Assembly: GCA_026026165.1 (NCBI GenBank)
Contig: JAPEUD010000007.1
Location: 310,001-374,000, forward strand
Length of the DNA: 64,000 nucleotides
Reading direction: 5' to 3'
DNA from: Sarea resinae
Taxonomy: Eukaryota
Each line of letters opens with the position of its first letter. Position 1 is the stretch's first letter. Shown here in pieces: positions 1-11,521 of this stretch. The notes under the pieces are model-generated. The model searched no databases, was not told the origin of the DNA, and saw only the letters and a list, made by a program, of their open reading frames with translations. A program made the position numbers and the translations under genes.

Positions 1-2052
1 AGTCGCCATTGCCCTTTACGGACAATGAATTCATCCACGTCTCGTTTCCGTTTTCGCGACGGAGGTCGATCGAACTCTTGATCTTCCGGCATGGAAAATC
101 TCTCCCCGTCCAAGATGACGTCTGCTTCTTCGTCGATGCGGACCTTGATGCGATCCTCGCTCAGGGGCGTATTTCCCGGACTCACGGGCTGCGATGCCAT
201 GCCACCTCCGGCCATCATCATCAGGCCCAACGGCTGATTCATAGGAAGATTCATCTTGTTCGCGACGATTTGGAAGAGACTCGTAATTCGGGCTTTCGAT
301 TGACCATGGATCTCGGCCCGCATCGTTCGAAGGTCGACTCGAGTGCATTCCCCTCCAATCTCCAAAACTAACTCGTATGATGTGTCATCTGTAAACGGCC
401 GAGCGTAGTTGACCCAGCCATCGGCAGAAGCTTCGCTGGCAAATGAGACACCGGATTGTCGTAGATCCTCCAATCGAATCATGATCTCCTGCTTTCCCCG
501 CTTAAGGTTGTAGCTGATTCGATGTGGAATCAGTTTCTGCTCCAGACCTTTCAGGTGAAAGTAACGGCAGTCCCTCAGAAGCTCTGCACGGTGGTCTTCG
601 TCGCGTACGTGCAATGGATAATCTCGCAGTAAGTGAAGGAGATCCGCGAAGATTTCCGGAGATCGATGGGGGACACATGGAGGTTGTATCGACGGTGGTC
701 TCAGGAGGCCGGCGCGTTCAAGCCCAGGAAAGACTCGCTCCGGACTGGAAAAAAAGAGTGCAAAGCCCAGAGAGAAGAAGTTAGGTGAATTGCCGGGACT
801 TGAGAATATATCTCGGGGGATCTGGAAATGCTTCTCCCCGATCTGGATAAAGATTTCGGAGGAGAAAAGCTGAGATATCAATCTCGGTACTAGAGTAATC
901 AGTACCGATCGACACAAAGAAATCCTGCCACTTACAACTATAGAATTGTGCATCCGCGAATAATTTGACATAATGACTGCCATCTCTAGGTTTAATGTAA
1001 TAGCCTTCAAAGGTCAGCTAGGCCCTAAATTATCTCAACTATACTGACCCTGTAAATGTAAAGCAATGTCTCGAAACGTCACCGGGTCTCGATCAATATA
1101 CAATGTTCGAATAGCATTCCCATCCTCGTTTTCGTGCAGCTGGCGTTCGAAAAACTGTGAAAAGTAGGAGGGTGCTTTAGCATTCTCAGCAAAATGTACA
1201 TCTTAATCTACTAACAAGATACTTACCATCTGATGATATAGATGCGCCAGAAAGCCTGAAAAGTTCCGACCCTATTTGAATCGGAAAGACCCTCTCCGCC
1301 GGCAAAATTGGTGGTATCGGCGGAACGCGCACCTTCACCTTTTGATCCCTTAATATGCCCGGTGGCGTCTCTATATTCCGACCATTTCTTTCTGGCACTT
1401 CGGATCCAGCCACCGAACTCATATCTCCGCGTACGGGTTCCTTCATCACATCTCCGTGATCGAGGGGTAGAGTTTGGCTGCCTTCTCTGATTGTGCTTGC
1501 TGGGCTCTGTCTGGCGATGCGCTTCAATGCCGGAGATTCCGTCTCTTCTCTTCCCTGCGTAAGCAGATGTGGAGATGGTTCCGAACCCGCCTTTCTCTTC
1601 GGTGGCGGTCTGCTCGGTGGCGGCAATGACGAAGATACAGACTGCCTCGGGCCCTGTGTCGAAGATGATCGTTGAGATGGCGCTTGTGGAATATCAAAGT
1701 TCTGTGCTGGATCCCCTTGTCCGACGATTTCACCGACAAGCTCGTTCTCTGGCTCGTAGAACGTATAGTCGAACGCCTTATCCCACTCGGCCTTGGACTG
1801 CCCCGAAGGACCGCCCGAAAAAGCTCCGATATGATCAGTTATTGTCTGATTCAGACTTCCTCCCTGTAGGCTGTCATAGTAATTTGGGACAGACAGATCG
1901 TGCGCAATGGCATGATTTGGCGCTTCGATGGCGGGAGGAGCGTCACGCTGTGAATTGGATATGCGCGGTTGCGCACCTTGGGTTCCCGATGCCACATCTT
2001 CGGGTAGATATGCGAAGACGGTCGATGAAACACGATTGAGCGGTGGAGCCAT
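1..2052 (-). CDS. BTB/POZ (KCTD/Whi2-like, YLR108C/YDR132C family) protein; 3' end runs off the window
   Basis: ORF 1186-2052 ends in FPIQIGSELFRLSGASISSD. Splicing introns at about 1226-1175, 1048-1005 and 935-891 continues it as APSYFSQFF...TLYIDRDPVTFRDIALHLQGY...LFADAQFYSLPRL...IQIGEKHFQIPRDIF..., i.e. tandem BTB-like domains. The frame stays open to the window edge. Confidence 0.8.
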
Positions 2053-2643
2053 CTACACGGGCGTGAGCATTCGACACGGCATTATGAGAATATTGGTAAG
2101 GGAGGGGTAAGCATCAAGAAAGCGCTGCTGCAGCTTACCTTACTTTACATAAGTTCCCGCTGCACGGGCCACCTTGAGCACGAGCTTTGTAAACGAGAGG
2201 CCGATGTCATCTGGCCGTCGCCATGCCGTGTGAAGAATTCAAAAGAATCAAAATGGTTATCGCGAGGTAAATGAGTCTCAAAGGTTCAAAGCTATGATGG
2301 CGATGTCAGCCTTCCAATCCGGATGTTATGATCGACAACTTAGGAGCCCAATTGGAAAGTCGTCGGGTACTAGAGCCAGGGAAGGCAATAATCTGCCAGA
2401 GGACTATCAACACCTCGATCCTCAATTATTGCTCGAGTCTTCGGAATCATTTCATGCATTGTTGATTGAATCATGCGAATTCGAAATCAATGAAAAGAGT
2501 GATACCATTACTGTCTTATCTGATCATGCCGATTCCATACAAGGTATGCCGCTGGCTTACTGGGGTTCCCAACTCTGAAGCACCCTCTACTAGCTGTACA
2601 TGTATTACCCCCCAGAGTGGATAGTCTAGACCTCCATATGTAT

Positions 2644-3519
2644 TTATTTGGTCCCTGGATCATAAGACCCCTCAACATCAATGATCTTCTGGATCGACTT
2701 CTTATATGCATCCCTCTCATGCATCGTCTTCAAATATGCAGCACACTTCGGGTATTTCGTCTTGTCAAAGCCAGCCCATTCAATAGGGAAACTCATGAGG
2801 ATGTCGGCACCAGTAATCTCCTTACCGCAAAGGAAATCACCTCCCGAGGTAGCGAGTTGGCTCTCCAAGAAGTCGAAATGCCTGGTGAAATTTGGCGCGG
2901 TGTAGAAGCTCTCAATTTTGCCAGTGATCATGTTGACGATGGGTCTAATGAAGATGGGGGATCCCGAACGCATTCCTGGAAGATGTCAATTGACACTCAG
3001 CAACAGGGAGATCGAGGCGTACTGTCGATAAAAAAAGTGATAAGCAAGAAGCTCATCAAGCTACCCTCAGCATAGTGCATGTAGTATCGATATCTCAAGA
3101 ACGCTTCCGTCTCTCCGCCAATCTGGCCTTCCTTTCCTTCCTGGTATTTCCTGGGAATCAACCAAGGCCCGAAATACTCGGAAATATACTCGGTGATCAG
3201 TCCTGATTCGGCGAGAACGACGGGCTTGGTGGTTGCCGGTGATTCGACGGAGATGATGGGCGACTTGCCGAGCGGATGAATCTTTTTCAATTCAGGGTCC
3301 GCCAGGAAATCCTTCCCGCGCTTGTAGGTCTTCAGCTCATACGGTGCCTTGGCCTCCTCCAAGAGCCATAAGATACGCTGAGCGCGTGACTTCTCGAGCC
3401 TGAGAACGCAGTCATTTAGCAACAACGAGTCGACAAGATAGAAAAGGTCCACCTGTCAGACTGACTCACCAGTAGAGAGTGACTTTGGCACCCTCGACAT
3501 TTACGCTCTCGGAAGCCAT
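2644..3519 (-). CDS. Glutathione S-transferase (GTT1-like)
   Basis: ATG 3519, introns 3469-3400 and 3022-2976. Motifs LYWLEKSRAQRILWLLEE, HPLGKSP, LAESGLI, YAEGSLM, GADILMSFP. Confidence 0.92.
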
Positions 3520-4066
3520 GTTGATCTGTGTCGGTCAACGGTAGCTCAACGCTTCTCGTATGGAAAACTTCTGCGACGACAGTGTGGCAGATCGGGTAAT
3601 CAAAGGGATTGTATCAGAATGTGGTTTATACAGGAAGCACCGGAGGTGTGGAGGGAAGAGGAAAGCAAAGGATTATTTAATCAGCAGCACTACGTATTGC
3701 ACATGTCTTCCCTTTTCTTCGTATTGGCTGCGGAGATTGCGGACGGTGGTCTCTCGTGTCACCGAGGACCACTCTCCCACTCTCCTGATACGTACGGAGT
3801 AGTACGCTGTAGAGGGCCTCGGCCTCGCCGATCGTCGAGTCACGGAGGGACCCGGTCAAGATAACTAAGAGAAGGATGACTAAGGACCGAGAATCATCCT
3901 CGGCCGAGGGCCAAGTGCAGTTGTACTATGTACGCAGTACGCAGTACTTCGGAGTACTCTCTTCACGTGACCCTTCACTTCCTGTCTCAGACATCACGAC
4001 CATCACATCACTAAATCTAGCGGAACAGCTCCATCCTCTCCAGGCACGCAGATCAATTCATACATC

Positions 4067-4580
4067 ATGGCGGGCCACCACGACAGTAAGCTTCTCCGCC
4101 AATGCCTGAGTGAGCATTCCATGGCTAATACAAGACTCTCAGCCCTCGCAATGGACCCGGCATTGGTCAAATACAACAGTACGCCGCTCTTCCGCTGCTC
4201 CTCCGTTCATGCCGCCAGTAGAAATACCATAGCCAGGATTTGCTAACAAATGCGACAGACATGTGGGTTAACCGCCACAAGTACTTCCGGTGGACGCCGC
4301 GGACCGCCTGGTTGACATTCGCATACGTTGTTGCTGTTCCTTCCGTGTTGGGCTATTTCGCATATACGACAGACGTGAGTGTCTCTCAATCTCCTTGACA
4401 TCATGGCTACCCTCGGCCTCTAGAGATTCACCAATCATCTTATCGTTCCGTCTTTGCGTTTGCTCAAATCGAGGACATCGTTCGGCCTATACCTTTTTTC
4501 TACAGCCTCACTAATGTCACGTTTAGGGCAAATGGCTCATGCGGGGCAAGCGCAGAGGAGATACGATTGCTGAATTCTAA
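4067..4580 (+). CDS. NDUFB4: NADH:ubiquinone oxidoreductase B15 subunit (NDUFB4-like), 4 exons, 74 aa
   Basis: Exons 4067-4085, 4143-4178, 4259-4374 and 4527-4580 give [78 protein letters not shown] and FRWTPRTA followed by one TM helix are typical of the family. Not in the ORF track. Confidence 0.9.
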
Positions 4581-4915
4581 ATAATTGGTACGGCAATCTT
4601 CGTTGGAAGCTGGTGGACCACGGACAGACACTGTATATATATCCAATGGCAATGCATTCTGTCTACCAACAACGATCATCCAGAATCTGTAAATGAGATG
4701 AAAGCTCGAGTGGATCGAGGACCTTATGATGTTGCCCAAAGCTTTCTGACTTGGGAAGTTGCTAATGGTCATTGGTCATCAACAACCGATCTCGAGCTCC
4801 GGAATGCTGAAGCAGGTCAATGAAAGAATCATTATCTACTCTCAAGTTTCAAACAATTCTGACGCTTCTGTTCTCATGATCGATTACGAAAGGCCTTTAC
4901 TCTGGACATATCTGA

Positions 4916-6021
4916 TCAACTAGACCATTTGGTGCACCTAATTTGAATCCGGAACTCAGGTCCCAGGTACATTCGAATGCTTTCTTCGAACACAATCCCG
5001 GCCGCACCGCATCCAATGATCTTCCACATCCATGGATTCTCGAATTCCTGAACCCGAGGCCAGAAGCTGTTCTTCTTCTCCCGATACACCTGCAGCTGCT
5101 CATACTTGAATTGATTGCCTTGCAAATACAGTGCTTCCTGGCTTCGCTCATTCTCCTTATCTCCACTAACGTTTCGCAAGAAGAAATAATTGGCGAGCGG
5201 TCCAAGGAAAGTGAACGGGTTGGCGAATCCACTACCGACAAGATAAAGAGGGAACGACGCATGGACCAGGGCATCGCCAAGGTAGCTAAATTGGTCAATC
5301 AATCGAAGATGGATTCGACAGTCCATTTTACTTACTTTGGATGCCGAACAATACTCCATACGCCCTCGGAACATAGTAAATTTGAATCCTTTCGCTTCTG
5401 GTCTTCGACCTGCCAATCCGCAAGAACCTCGAGAGCGAAACCCGCCCCAAAGAGCCCTACGGCAAGCACCTGTAGACTCCTGAAGATGTGTTTTGGGAGG
5501 AAACCCCACCCAATTTGCCTGAAGGGCAGCGTAAATGGAAGTGAGATAAACGTCTGGAAGACGGCCTCTGGAAGAAAGTAGGAAAACAAAGCTCTACGCC
5601 AGAAGCCAGGCTTCTGTTTCACTTCTTGATATCTCGGATCGTCCGTTCCACGTCTCAGAGATCGCGACGCGACTCGATAGAACAGTCGCACTCCCCAAGC
5701 AGTCACTCCGGTCAATAGAGCCTTCTCGGGGTATGCTAACGAGGCCCATGCTTCGGGCGCGGACAGTCCGCCTAACACAACACGACGCCCGAGTGCGGTC
5801 CACCAGGCATTGGCAGTCAGGCCGGATGGCCAGAGCCAGTCTTTGCCTTCGACGAAATTGGCGCTGAAGCTCACGCCCCATACGGCGAGGGAGAGAGAAT
5901 CATGGAATATCAAAGACGTGGACAAGGTTTCTCACAAAAGGCCGACGTCGGTGGAGTGGGAAATGGGAAAGCAAGGCAGGCGTGGAGGGTCAATGTCGAT
6001 ATGGCTTCTCTCCACCTCCAT
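4916..6021 (-). CDS. DUF1295 / steroid 5-alpha-reductase-like membrane protein carrying an in-frame TGA at 5934-5932 (possible pseudogene or spliced-out stop)
   Basis: ATG 6021 MEVERSHIDIDPPRLP...DVGLL*ETLSTSLIFH...KDWLWPSG...WGVRLFYRVASR...DDPRY...ADWQ...GVWSIVRHPN, intron about 5335-5287, then YLGDALVH... Confidence 0.8.
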
Positions 6022-6459
6022 CTTGAAGATGATTGCCCCTGGATGATCGATGCATCTTATGGTAGGACTGAAGTGATTTCATCCTTATATCGAAGCACAT
6101 GGCAAGGTACTACTCCGTAATCACATCGACCTCAGCATGACGTTTATCGCTGGCTCTTGATGTCGCTTGTACTGGTACCTTCGCGTCGATCGTATCGATA
6201 ACTGAATCTCATGGATCTCTTTCTCCCCCACCATCACCACCACACCCCACATACCGTGACCGTCGATCTTCTCAAGCCTGTCGAGTGACTATTAAGAGGA
6301 AACCACACGCCGATGGATTCGTCGATGCTGCTCGACGGTTTAGTGAGGGTAAATATTGGTGACATTTAGACCGCACTGTCGAACTAAGGGCCATGGTCTA
6401 TTGTGATAGAAAGATCGCTCGCTACAATTAATAATCTCTTTTTGGTTCGCACGACCTCG

Positions 6460-8193
6460 ATGGCTCAAGGCCTCGCAGATGGCCATCATGTTGATACTGT
6501 CATCATCGGTGAGTCCCAGTCGCTGCGCAGTGATTTCATCTTGTCTCTAAGAAACATCCCAGGCAACGGCCCATCCGCTCTAATTCTGTCGTACATTCTG
6601 CACGGCCATATCCCATTCTATACCGGATTACACCATGACCCGATCCTACACTCAAAACTCTCGCTTTCGCCCAATCTGCTCCAGATAACGCTCGACTCGG
6701 ACCTGGCAGCCCACTTTGCGTCTTCTCTTCGATATACCTCGCAAGCGCTACCCATAAATGCTCTATTAGATACGCTCATCCGGCCTAACGCCGATACAGA
6801 GCCAAGACCGCATTCATGTGTTCAGTGGCAGCATCATCCCGACAGAGCGGTGTCGCATTTGGTTCTAGGAGATGCGCCTCATGCTGGTGGGCAATGGGCC
6901 GATGATGCGGCGAACAAGATCGGGGATATTGGCACCTTGAGCTATGCGGAAATGCTGTCTCTGCCGGGATATTCGTTTGCGGAACACTATAAGCGAACCT
7001 CTGGCAGACCTCTGCCCGACTTCATGAGGCCGTCTCGAAGAGAGGTGGCGGAATATCTAGCAGCATATCCAGAAGCAGTGGAAATTGCAGATGCCATTTC
7101 CACGTCGACTACCGTTAGGGACATCCACAGAACAGGAGACGGCTTCTTTGTTGGGTCTCACGGGGTACGTTGCAATCATTTGGTCCTAGCATCTGGTATC
7201 TTCTCCAAGAGTATAGCACCCCCGCCTCTCCTCAAACCGCTCAGTACTCTCTCCTCCCCAAACGAACCAGTTCTCGTCATCGGTTCCGGTTTCACCGCTG
7301 CAGATGTCATCATCACAACGCCGCCAAATCGAAAAGTTATCCACATCTTCCGATGGAACCCGGACGACCATCCTTCTCCTCTTCGTGGCTGTCACCACCA
7401 AGCCTACCCCGAATACGCAGGAATCTACCGGCGTATGCGACTCGCGAGCGCCAGCACCGATGACAAAACGGGCCCCTCGCCATGGTCGAAAAGGAGGAGG
7501 TCCGATAGCTTTCTTGGTTTTCGGAATTGGGAAACCACCTACGAGGGACTTCCTAACGCAGAGGTTGTTGATGCTTTTGTGCAAGAGAAGGGAAGAGTGG
7601 CGGCTGTTAGCATCCGCACAGGAGACGGCCAAACCCTAACCCGCCGCATTGGCAGCTTCGCCTACGTCGTCGGTCGCCGCGGCTCTCTCGGCTTTTTGGA
7701 TGCCAAACTTCGAGCTGAGGTACTACTGTCCTCTGATAATAACGACAACGATGATAGCACCTCTGCCAATGCCCCTTCGGGGTCCGTCTCCGGCCGCACG
7801 CTCCGCGCAAAGGCAGAACAAGACAACGAAATCGCGCCCCACGTCTTCGCCATAGGAAGTCTCACGGGCGATTCTCTCATCCGCTTTGCATTCGGCGGGT
7901 GTGTCTCCGCCGCCGGCAAGATCCTGGAGGAGGCTCAAAAATCTCCTTCTAGGGCTTCTGTCGATGGCACTCTTGGTGACAGGGATGGGGTGGTGGATGA
8001 CGGAGAAAAGGTAAAAGGCAGAGAAATCATGAATGGAAATGGAAACGGACATGTAAAAGCACGTACCCTTACACATATACATACACACCACACGGACCTG
8101 CACCTCGACCGACGGAAGATCTTCGCCGTCCAAGAGGCCGAGACCTCGGCGTGGCGCGAGTCCGGGTGGTGGGGCGGATGCTACGTCTCTTAG
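6460..8193 (+). CDS. OSGIN-like (oxidative stress-induced growth inhibitor family) FAD-dependent oxidoreductase
   Basis: ATG 6460. Removing intron 6509-6562 gives the Rossmann motif TVIIGNGPSAL. Also GGQW, TLSYAEMLSLPG, a second dinucleotide motif VLVIGSGFTAAD, YPEY and C-terminal FAIGSLTGDSLIRFAFGG. Confidence 0.8.
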   Translation: MAQGLADGHHVDTVIIGESQSLRSDFILSLRNIPGNGPSALILSYILHGHIPFYTGLHHDPILHSKLSLSPNLLQITLDSDLAAHFASSLRYTSQALPINALLDTLIRPNADTEPRPHSCVQWQHHPDRAVSHLVLGDAPHAGGQWADDAANKIGDIGTLSYAEMLSLPGYSFAEHYKRTSGRPLPDFMRPSRREVAEYLAAYPEAVEIADAISTSTTVRDIHRTGDGFFVGSHGVRCNHLVLASGIFSKSIAPPPLLKPLSTLSSPNEPVLVIGSGFTAADVIITTPPNRKVIHIFRWNPDDHPSPLRGCHHQAYPEYAGIYRRMRLASASTDDKTGPSPWSKRRRSDSFLGFRNWETTYEGLPNAEVVDAFVQEKGRVAAVSIRTGDGQTLTRRIGSFAYVVGRRGSLGFLDAKLRAEVLLSSDNNDNDDSTSANAPSGSVSGRTLRAKAEQDNEIAPHVFAIGSLTGDSLIRFAFGGCVSAAGKILEEAQKSPSRASVDGTLGDRDGVVDDGEKVKGREIMNGNGNGHVKARTLTHIHTHHTDLHLDRRKIFAVQEAETSAWRESGWWGGCYVS

Positions 8194-8766
8194 CCCTCAC
8201 CGCCCCCTACCGCCCCCGCCATCGCCCATCCCAGCTACACATCTCACATCGCCATCTTCTCTTTCCCCCGTACAATATTTCTTGGGGTATTTGTCCTTTT
8301 GTTTTTGCGTTGTTGATTTGGCCCAACTCGGTCGCATCAAGCGAATTAGAGTAGAATTGGGGAGAGTTGTAAAGGCGTGTGTTTCACGTACGGTTTTACT
8401 TTGCATTACCGGACTGCGGCTGCTGTTGGAAGGTGGTGTGTCTTTGGACTTCGTATGTCTGTGGTGCAGGTGGATTGGTGCTGTGGCTGTGGGTAATACT
8501 CCTTCGTGGTGCCTACGGCGGTACGCTGTTTTCTGACGTCTGTTTTCTATTATCTGTTTTCCTTCCGGGGAGCGGGGTGGGGAGAAGGGCTGTTGGTGGT
8601 TTCTATCACGGCTAGGGAGGGGCCTGTATATATGATCTGATCTGTCTTAGATTTCTTCCATGTTTATATACTATTTTCTTTCTCCCTATATGTATACATA
8701 TATATCTCTCCGTATGTATTCAACAGAAAGAGAGAAAGCATGAAAGAGAGGCTAGAGCAGCCCAGC

Positions 8767-11154
8767 TCATTCCCGCCTCCTACTCTTCTTCTTCCCCCGC
8801 TTTGGTGGTCCCCCTTCCTTCTGATTTTGTCTATGCTTCTGCTTCTGCGTATGGCTGTTTGACGGTGCTGATAGTGGGTGTTTCGCTTTCGCCTTCGAAT
8901 TTGAATTCAGATTACGGTCGGGGTTAGGGTCAGCAGACGCCGGTCTGGAGTCGTCGTCGTCGTCGTCGTCGTCCTCGGGGTTGCTGAAGCCTGCCCATTC
9001 GTCCTCGTCATCCTCGCCCTCCTGCCCCTTTTCTTCTTCTTCTTCTTCTTCTTCTCCTTCTTCTTGTTCGTGTACATCACCCCGTAGTAGTATCTCTCCG
9101 ACCTCTTCTCCTTTCGTACTATTCAGCCGCGCCTCTCCCGCGCGTACCCGGTCAAGGCTTGCCTCATCTCGGACAAGGCCCGCGACGAAGAAGCCCATCG
9201 TGCCCTCCGGGCCGCCCTTGTAGCATCTCAGACAAGCGTCCGCGACGGCGGTGCTGAATTCCTCATCACTATCACCGGCGCCACCACCGGTCCCAGAACC
9301 GGCGCCACCACCGGCACCATCGGCATCGGCATCGCCAACGACGACGCTCTCGCCCCTGACATCCCACGCCCTCATCCCCGCAACCTGCTCCGCGCGCCTC
9401 AAGACGCGCCAGCCGCGAGCGGTGGCGACCGCCGACCGCAGCGCCCGCGCCACCACGGCCTCGTTCTCCTGCACGTGCACCGAGCACGTCGAGTACGTGA
9501 TGCGTGTTGCGGCCGGGAAGGCCATGGCGTGGAGCAGGAGCCGCAGCTGGAATGTGCTGAGTGCTGTGAGGCGGGTGGTGAGCTTGTTGGGGGAGGTGGC
9601 CGCTGCTGCTCCTTGGGTGAGTTCGTTGGGTGGGGTTGCGGCGGCGGCGGCGGCGGGGGGGGGCTGTTCTTCTTGTTCTTGTTCTTGTTCTTGTTCTTCG
9701 TCTTCGAGGACGGGGAGGTTGACGCGTAGGATGGGTTTCTCGTCATTACTGCGAGTGCTATCGTTGTTGTTATTGCTCTCTCCTCGCTTGCGCTTTTTCC
9801 CGTTTTTCTTTCCCGTGAGGCCTTTGCCCATGCCCTTCCCGCCCGTACTGGTATTCGCATCTTTACTCTCCCCTTCTCCCCGTCGCGGAAGAACGAGGAC
9901 AGGCACGTCATCGCGGCCCACGATCCCGCTGCCCGAGCAGCTCGGATCAAGCAATAGCGCGCCGACACGGGCGAACGTCGGATCATGCGGATCGAGCCGG
10001 AGGAAATCCTGCCCGGGCTTCACAGTCACCATGTCCGTCGCGCCCGCACGCGCGATCATTTTCTGCAGCGTCGTCGCTCTCGTTTTGTCTCTTTCACACG
10101 CCCACACTTTGCTAGGCCCGGCCTTGCTTTTGCGGCCGCTTTTGCGGCTGTTGCTGGGACGTTCCGAGAGTATGGCGGCGATGTGGCTTGTCTTATTGCC
10201 CGGCGCGGCACAAGCGTCGATGACGTCGCCGTTGCCGTTGCCGTCGCCGTCGTCCTCGTTCTCGTTCTCGTTCTCGTTCTCGTCCTCGTCCTCGTCCGCT
10301 TGCGGATCCAGCAGGTAGGCGGGAAAACATGAAGCTTTGTCCTGGAAGATGATATGGCCCTGTTTATAGGCGGGCGTGGCGGAGAGATCGGCTCCGGGAG
10401 GCAGAGCCAGCAGATTCGGAATGTGGCGGTCGACATGCAAGAGGCGGTCCGTGGGCGCGGCGGTCAGGATCTCTCGGATGCTGTCCACGTGGCGGTAGTC
10501 GGAGAAGGTGGTTTCTAATTGCTGGGACAGAGTCGTGCGCAGAGTGTTCACTCGGACCCAGCGCGCGTGTTTCCAGACCTTGGGGGACGAGGTGGCCGCG
10601 TCGTCGCCTTCTCCGGCATTGTTTTCATGAGACCCGCCAAGTCCACCACTAATATGTGCTCTGAAAGCCTCGAGAGTCGCAAACCCTCTCTTGATCCGTA
10701 TCTTCGTAAATTCTGCCCCGAGCCTCGCCCTATGTTTTTCCACGGCAGCCCTTAGCGCATGCGCCGTCGGGGCCGCAATGCCCCTTTTCGCGAGCAGGAG
10801 ATCATGGACAAGTAGCACGGCCAGGAGCGGCGTCAACTGCTCTCACTCAATCACTGTGTTAATATTTCTACACAGACTCAAGAGACACGACGTTTGGAGA
10901 AACGCATAGATATAACAAAAGTAGAAGACTTAATTACACACCTTCCTCTCTAGATCCAAGATCTGAGCCTTCTCGATCACGTCCGAGAGCACGGCGCTCC
11001 ATTTGGTGGTCTCGCTGATCAGGGCGTAGAGGTGCGCCGGCGTAGACTTGAACTTCTTGTCATTGTTGTTGTTGTTGTAGATGCGCGATTTGAGGGATCC
11101 GCCTGCATCTTTGGGAGCTTCGAGAATCGAGGCGGCTTCATAGTACAGCGACAT
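8767..11154 (-). CDS. RCM1: 25S rRNA m5C methyltransferase (NSUN5/Rcm1)
   Basis: Exon 1 11154-10942 (MSLYYEAASIL...GSLKSRIY), intron 10941-10837. Motifs RWVRVNTL, IIFQDKASCFPA, DACAAPGNKT, LLDPSCSGSG, TYSTCSVHVQENEAVV, GFFVA. Confidence 0.93.
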
Positions 11155-11521
11155 GCCTTCTATCCATCAAGATTGGCGCATGGTTGCTTTTCGGTTTCCA
11201 CGAACGTCAAAAGTTCTAGATACTCCAGGCTAGTAGGTATTTGGATAACTTTCCGTGATTCTGCGTAGGATGCCGCCGCGGTTGCCGTAGCTTCGCGGCG
11301 TCAACGGCTTTAAGGCTCGGGACTTCACCGGCGCTCGGCGTTGCACCATATCTTGCTCCTCCGTAATTCAAATAATAATAATCAGTTGAGCGAAGCTAAA
11401 TTTACAAATCTCTTAGAGGTATCTGACAGGAATTTTCGACAGATCTGCTCCCGAACCGCTCAAATCTAATGCTCGCTATAACGCCAATGATCCCACATGC
11501 ATTTCTCTCATGCCAGAGAGG

